In this document: in pieces, positions 63,230 to 64,000 of the stretch | Position numbering within the stretch: position 1 is the stretch's first letter | Layout: every line of letters starts with the position of its first letter | Position numbers and translations under genes: made by a program | Notes under the pieces: model-generated | The model's input: the letters and a program-made list of their open reading frames with translations, nothing else | The model's database searches: none | Told to the model about the DNA's origin: nothing | Origin: an uncultured Candidatus Saccharibacteria bacterium | Lineage (GTDB): Bacteria; Patescibacteriota; Minisyncoccia; Phycocordibacterales; Zambryskibacteraceae | Direction of reading: 5' to 3' | NCBI GenBank assembly: GCA_964608585.1 | Contig: CAZSOL010000001.1 | Coordinates: forward strand, 75,666-139,665 | Length of the DNA stretch: 64,000 nucleotides

Positions 63230-64000
<771 letters not shown>

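Overview
A 64-kb stretch of a compact bacterial chromosome, roughly 42-47% GC in hand-counted samples, with tightly packed and often overlapping housekeeping genes. I read rpoB(partial)-rpoC-dnaG-rpoD; a six-gene minus-strand block (HisRS-like core, PolB-exo-like exonuclease, PAP2, DsbA, DUF2779 nuclease-like protein, small membrane protein); truB, typA, a mannoside-utilisation cluster (three GH130 domains, a cupin, a HAD hydrolase), tRNA-Asn, cell-wall genes, hpf, priA-def-fmt, mreB, tgt, uvrB, uvrA, uvrC, ddl, two tRNA-Ala genes, an ECF sigma pair, ychF, leuS, a sigma-region-4/HARE-HTH protein, mltG, mnmA, an ATP-cone/Mrr-like nuclease fusion, mgtC, a second PolB-exo-like exonuclease with family-4 UDG, a compact alaS, an infA-rpmJ-rpsM-rpsK-rpsD-rpoA-rplQ-rplM-rpsI block, a SemiSWEET transporter, grpE and the start of dnaK. 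Many proteins are shortened relative to E. coli (uvrC, ychF, alaS, hisS-like, rplM). Together with the HARE-HTH sigma protein, the PolB-exo-like exonucleases and the GH130 genes, this suggests a reduced-genome, possibly Patescibacteria-like, organism (inference). No rRNA genes, CRISPR arrays, integrases or transposases were seen. The most unusual features are: (1) a set of small ORFs that are GC-rich relative to their surroundings and carry their own promoter, SD and/or terminator signals, inserted into intergenic regions of conserved operons. The clearest is a 125-aa minus-strand gene between rpoD and its convergent neighbour, flanked by about 45-bp direct repeats of a terminator hairpin and driven by a near-consensus TTGACA/TATAAT promoter. 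(2) A LeuRS with a complete Nudix box embedded in the catalytic core and an apparently collapsed CP1 editing domain. (3) A minimal HisRS-like core lacking an anticodon-binding domain, translationally coupled to a DEDD-type exonuclease. (4) A PriA with degenerate helicase motifs. (5) A repeated hairpin-plus-perfect-DnaA-box element found twice. (6) A structured GC-rich intergenic segment between uvrB and uvrA carrying an SRP-RNA-like CAGGT.CAGGT..GGAAGGAAG motif.
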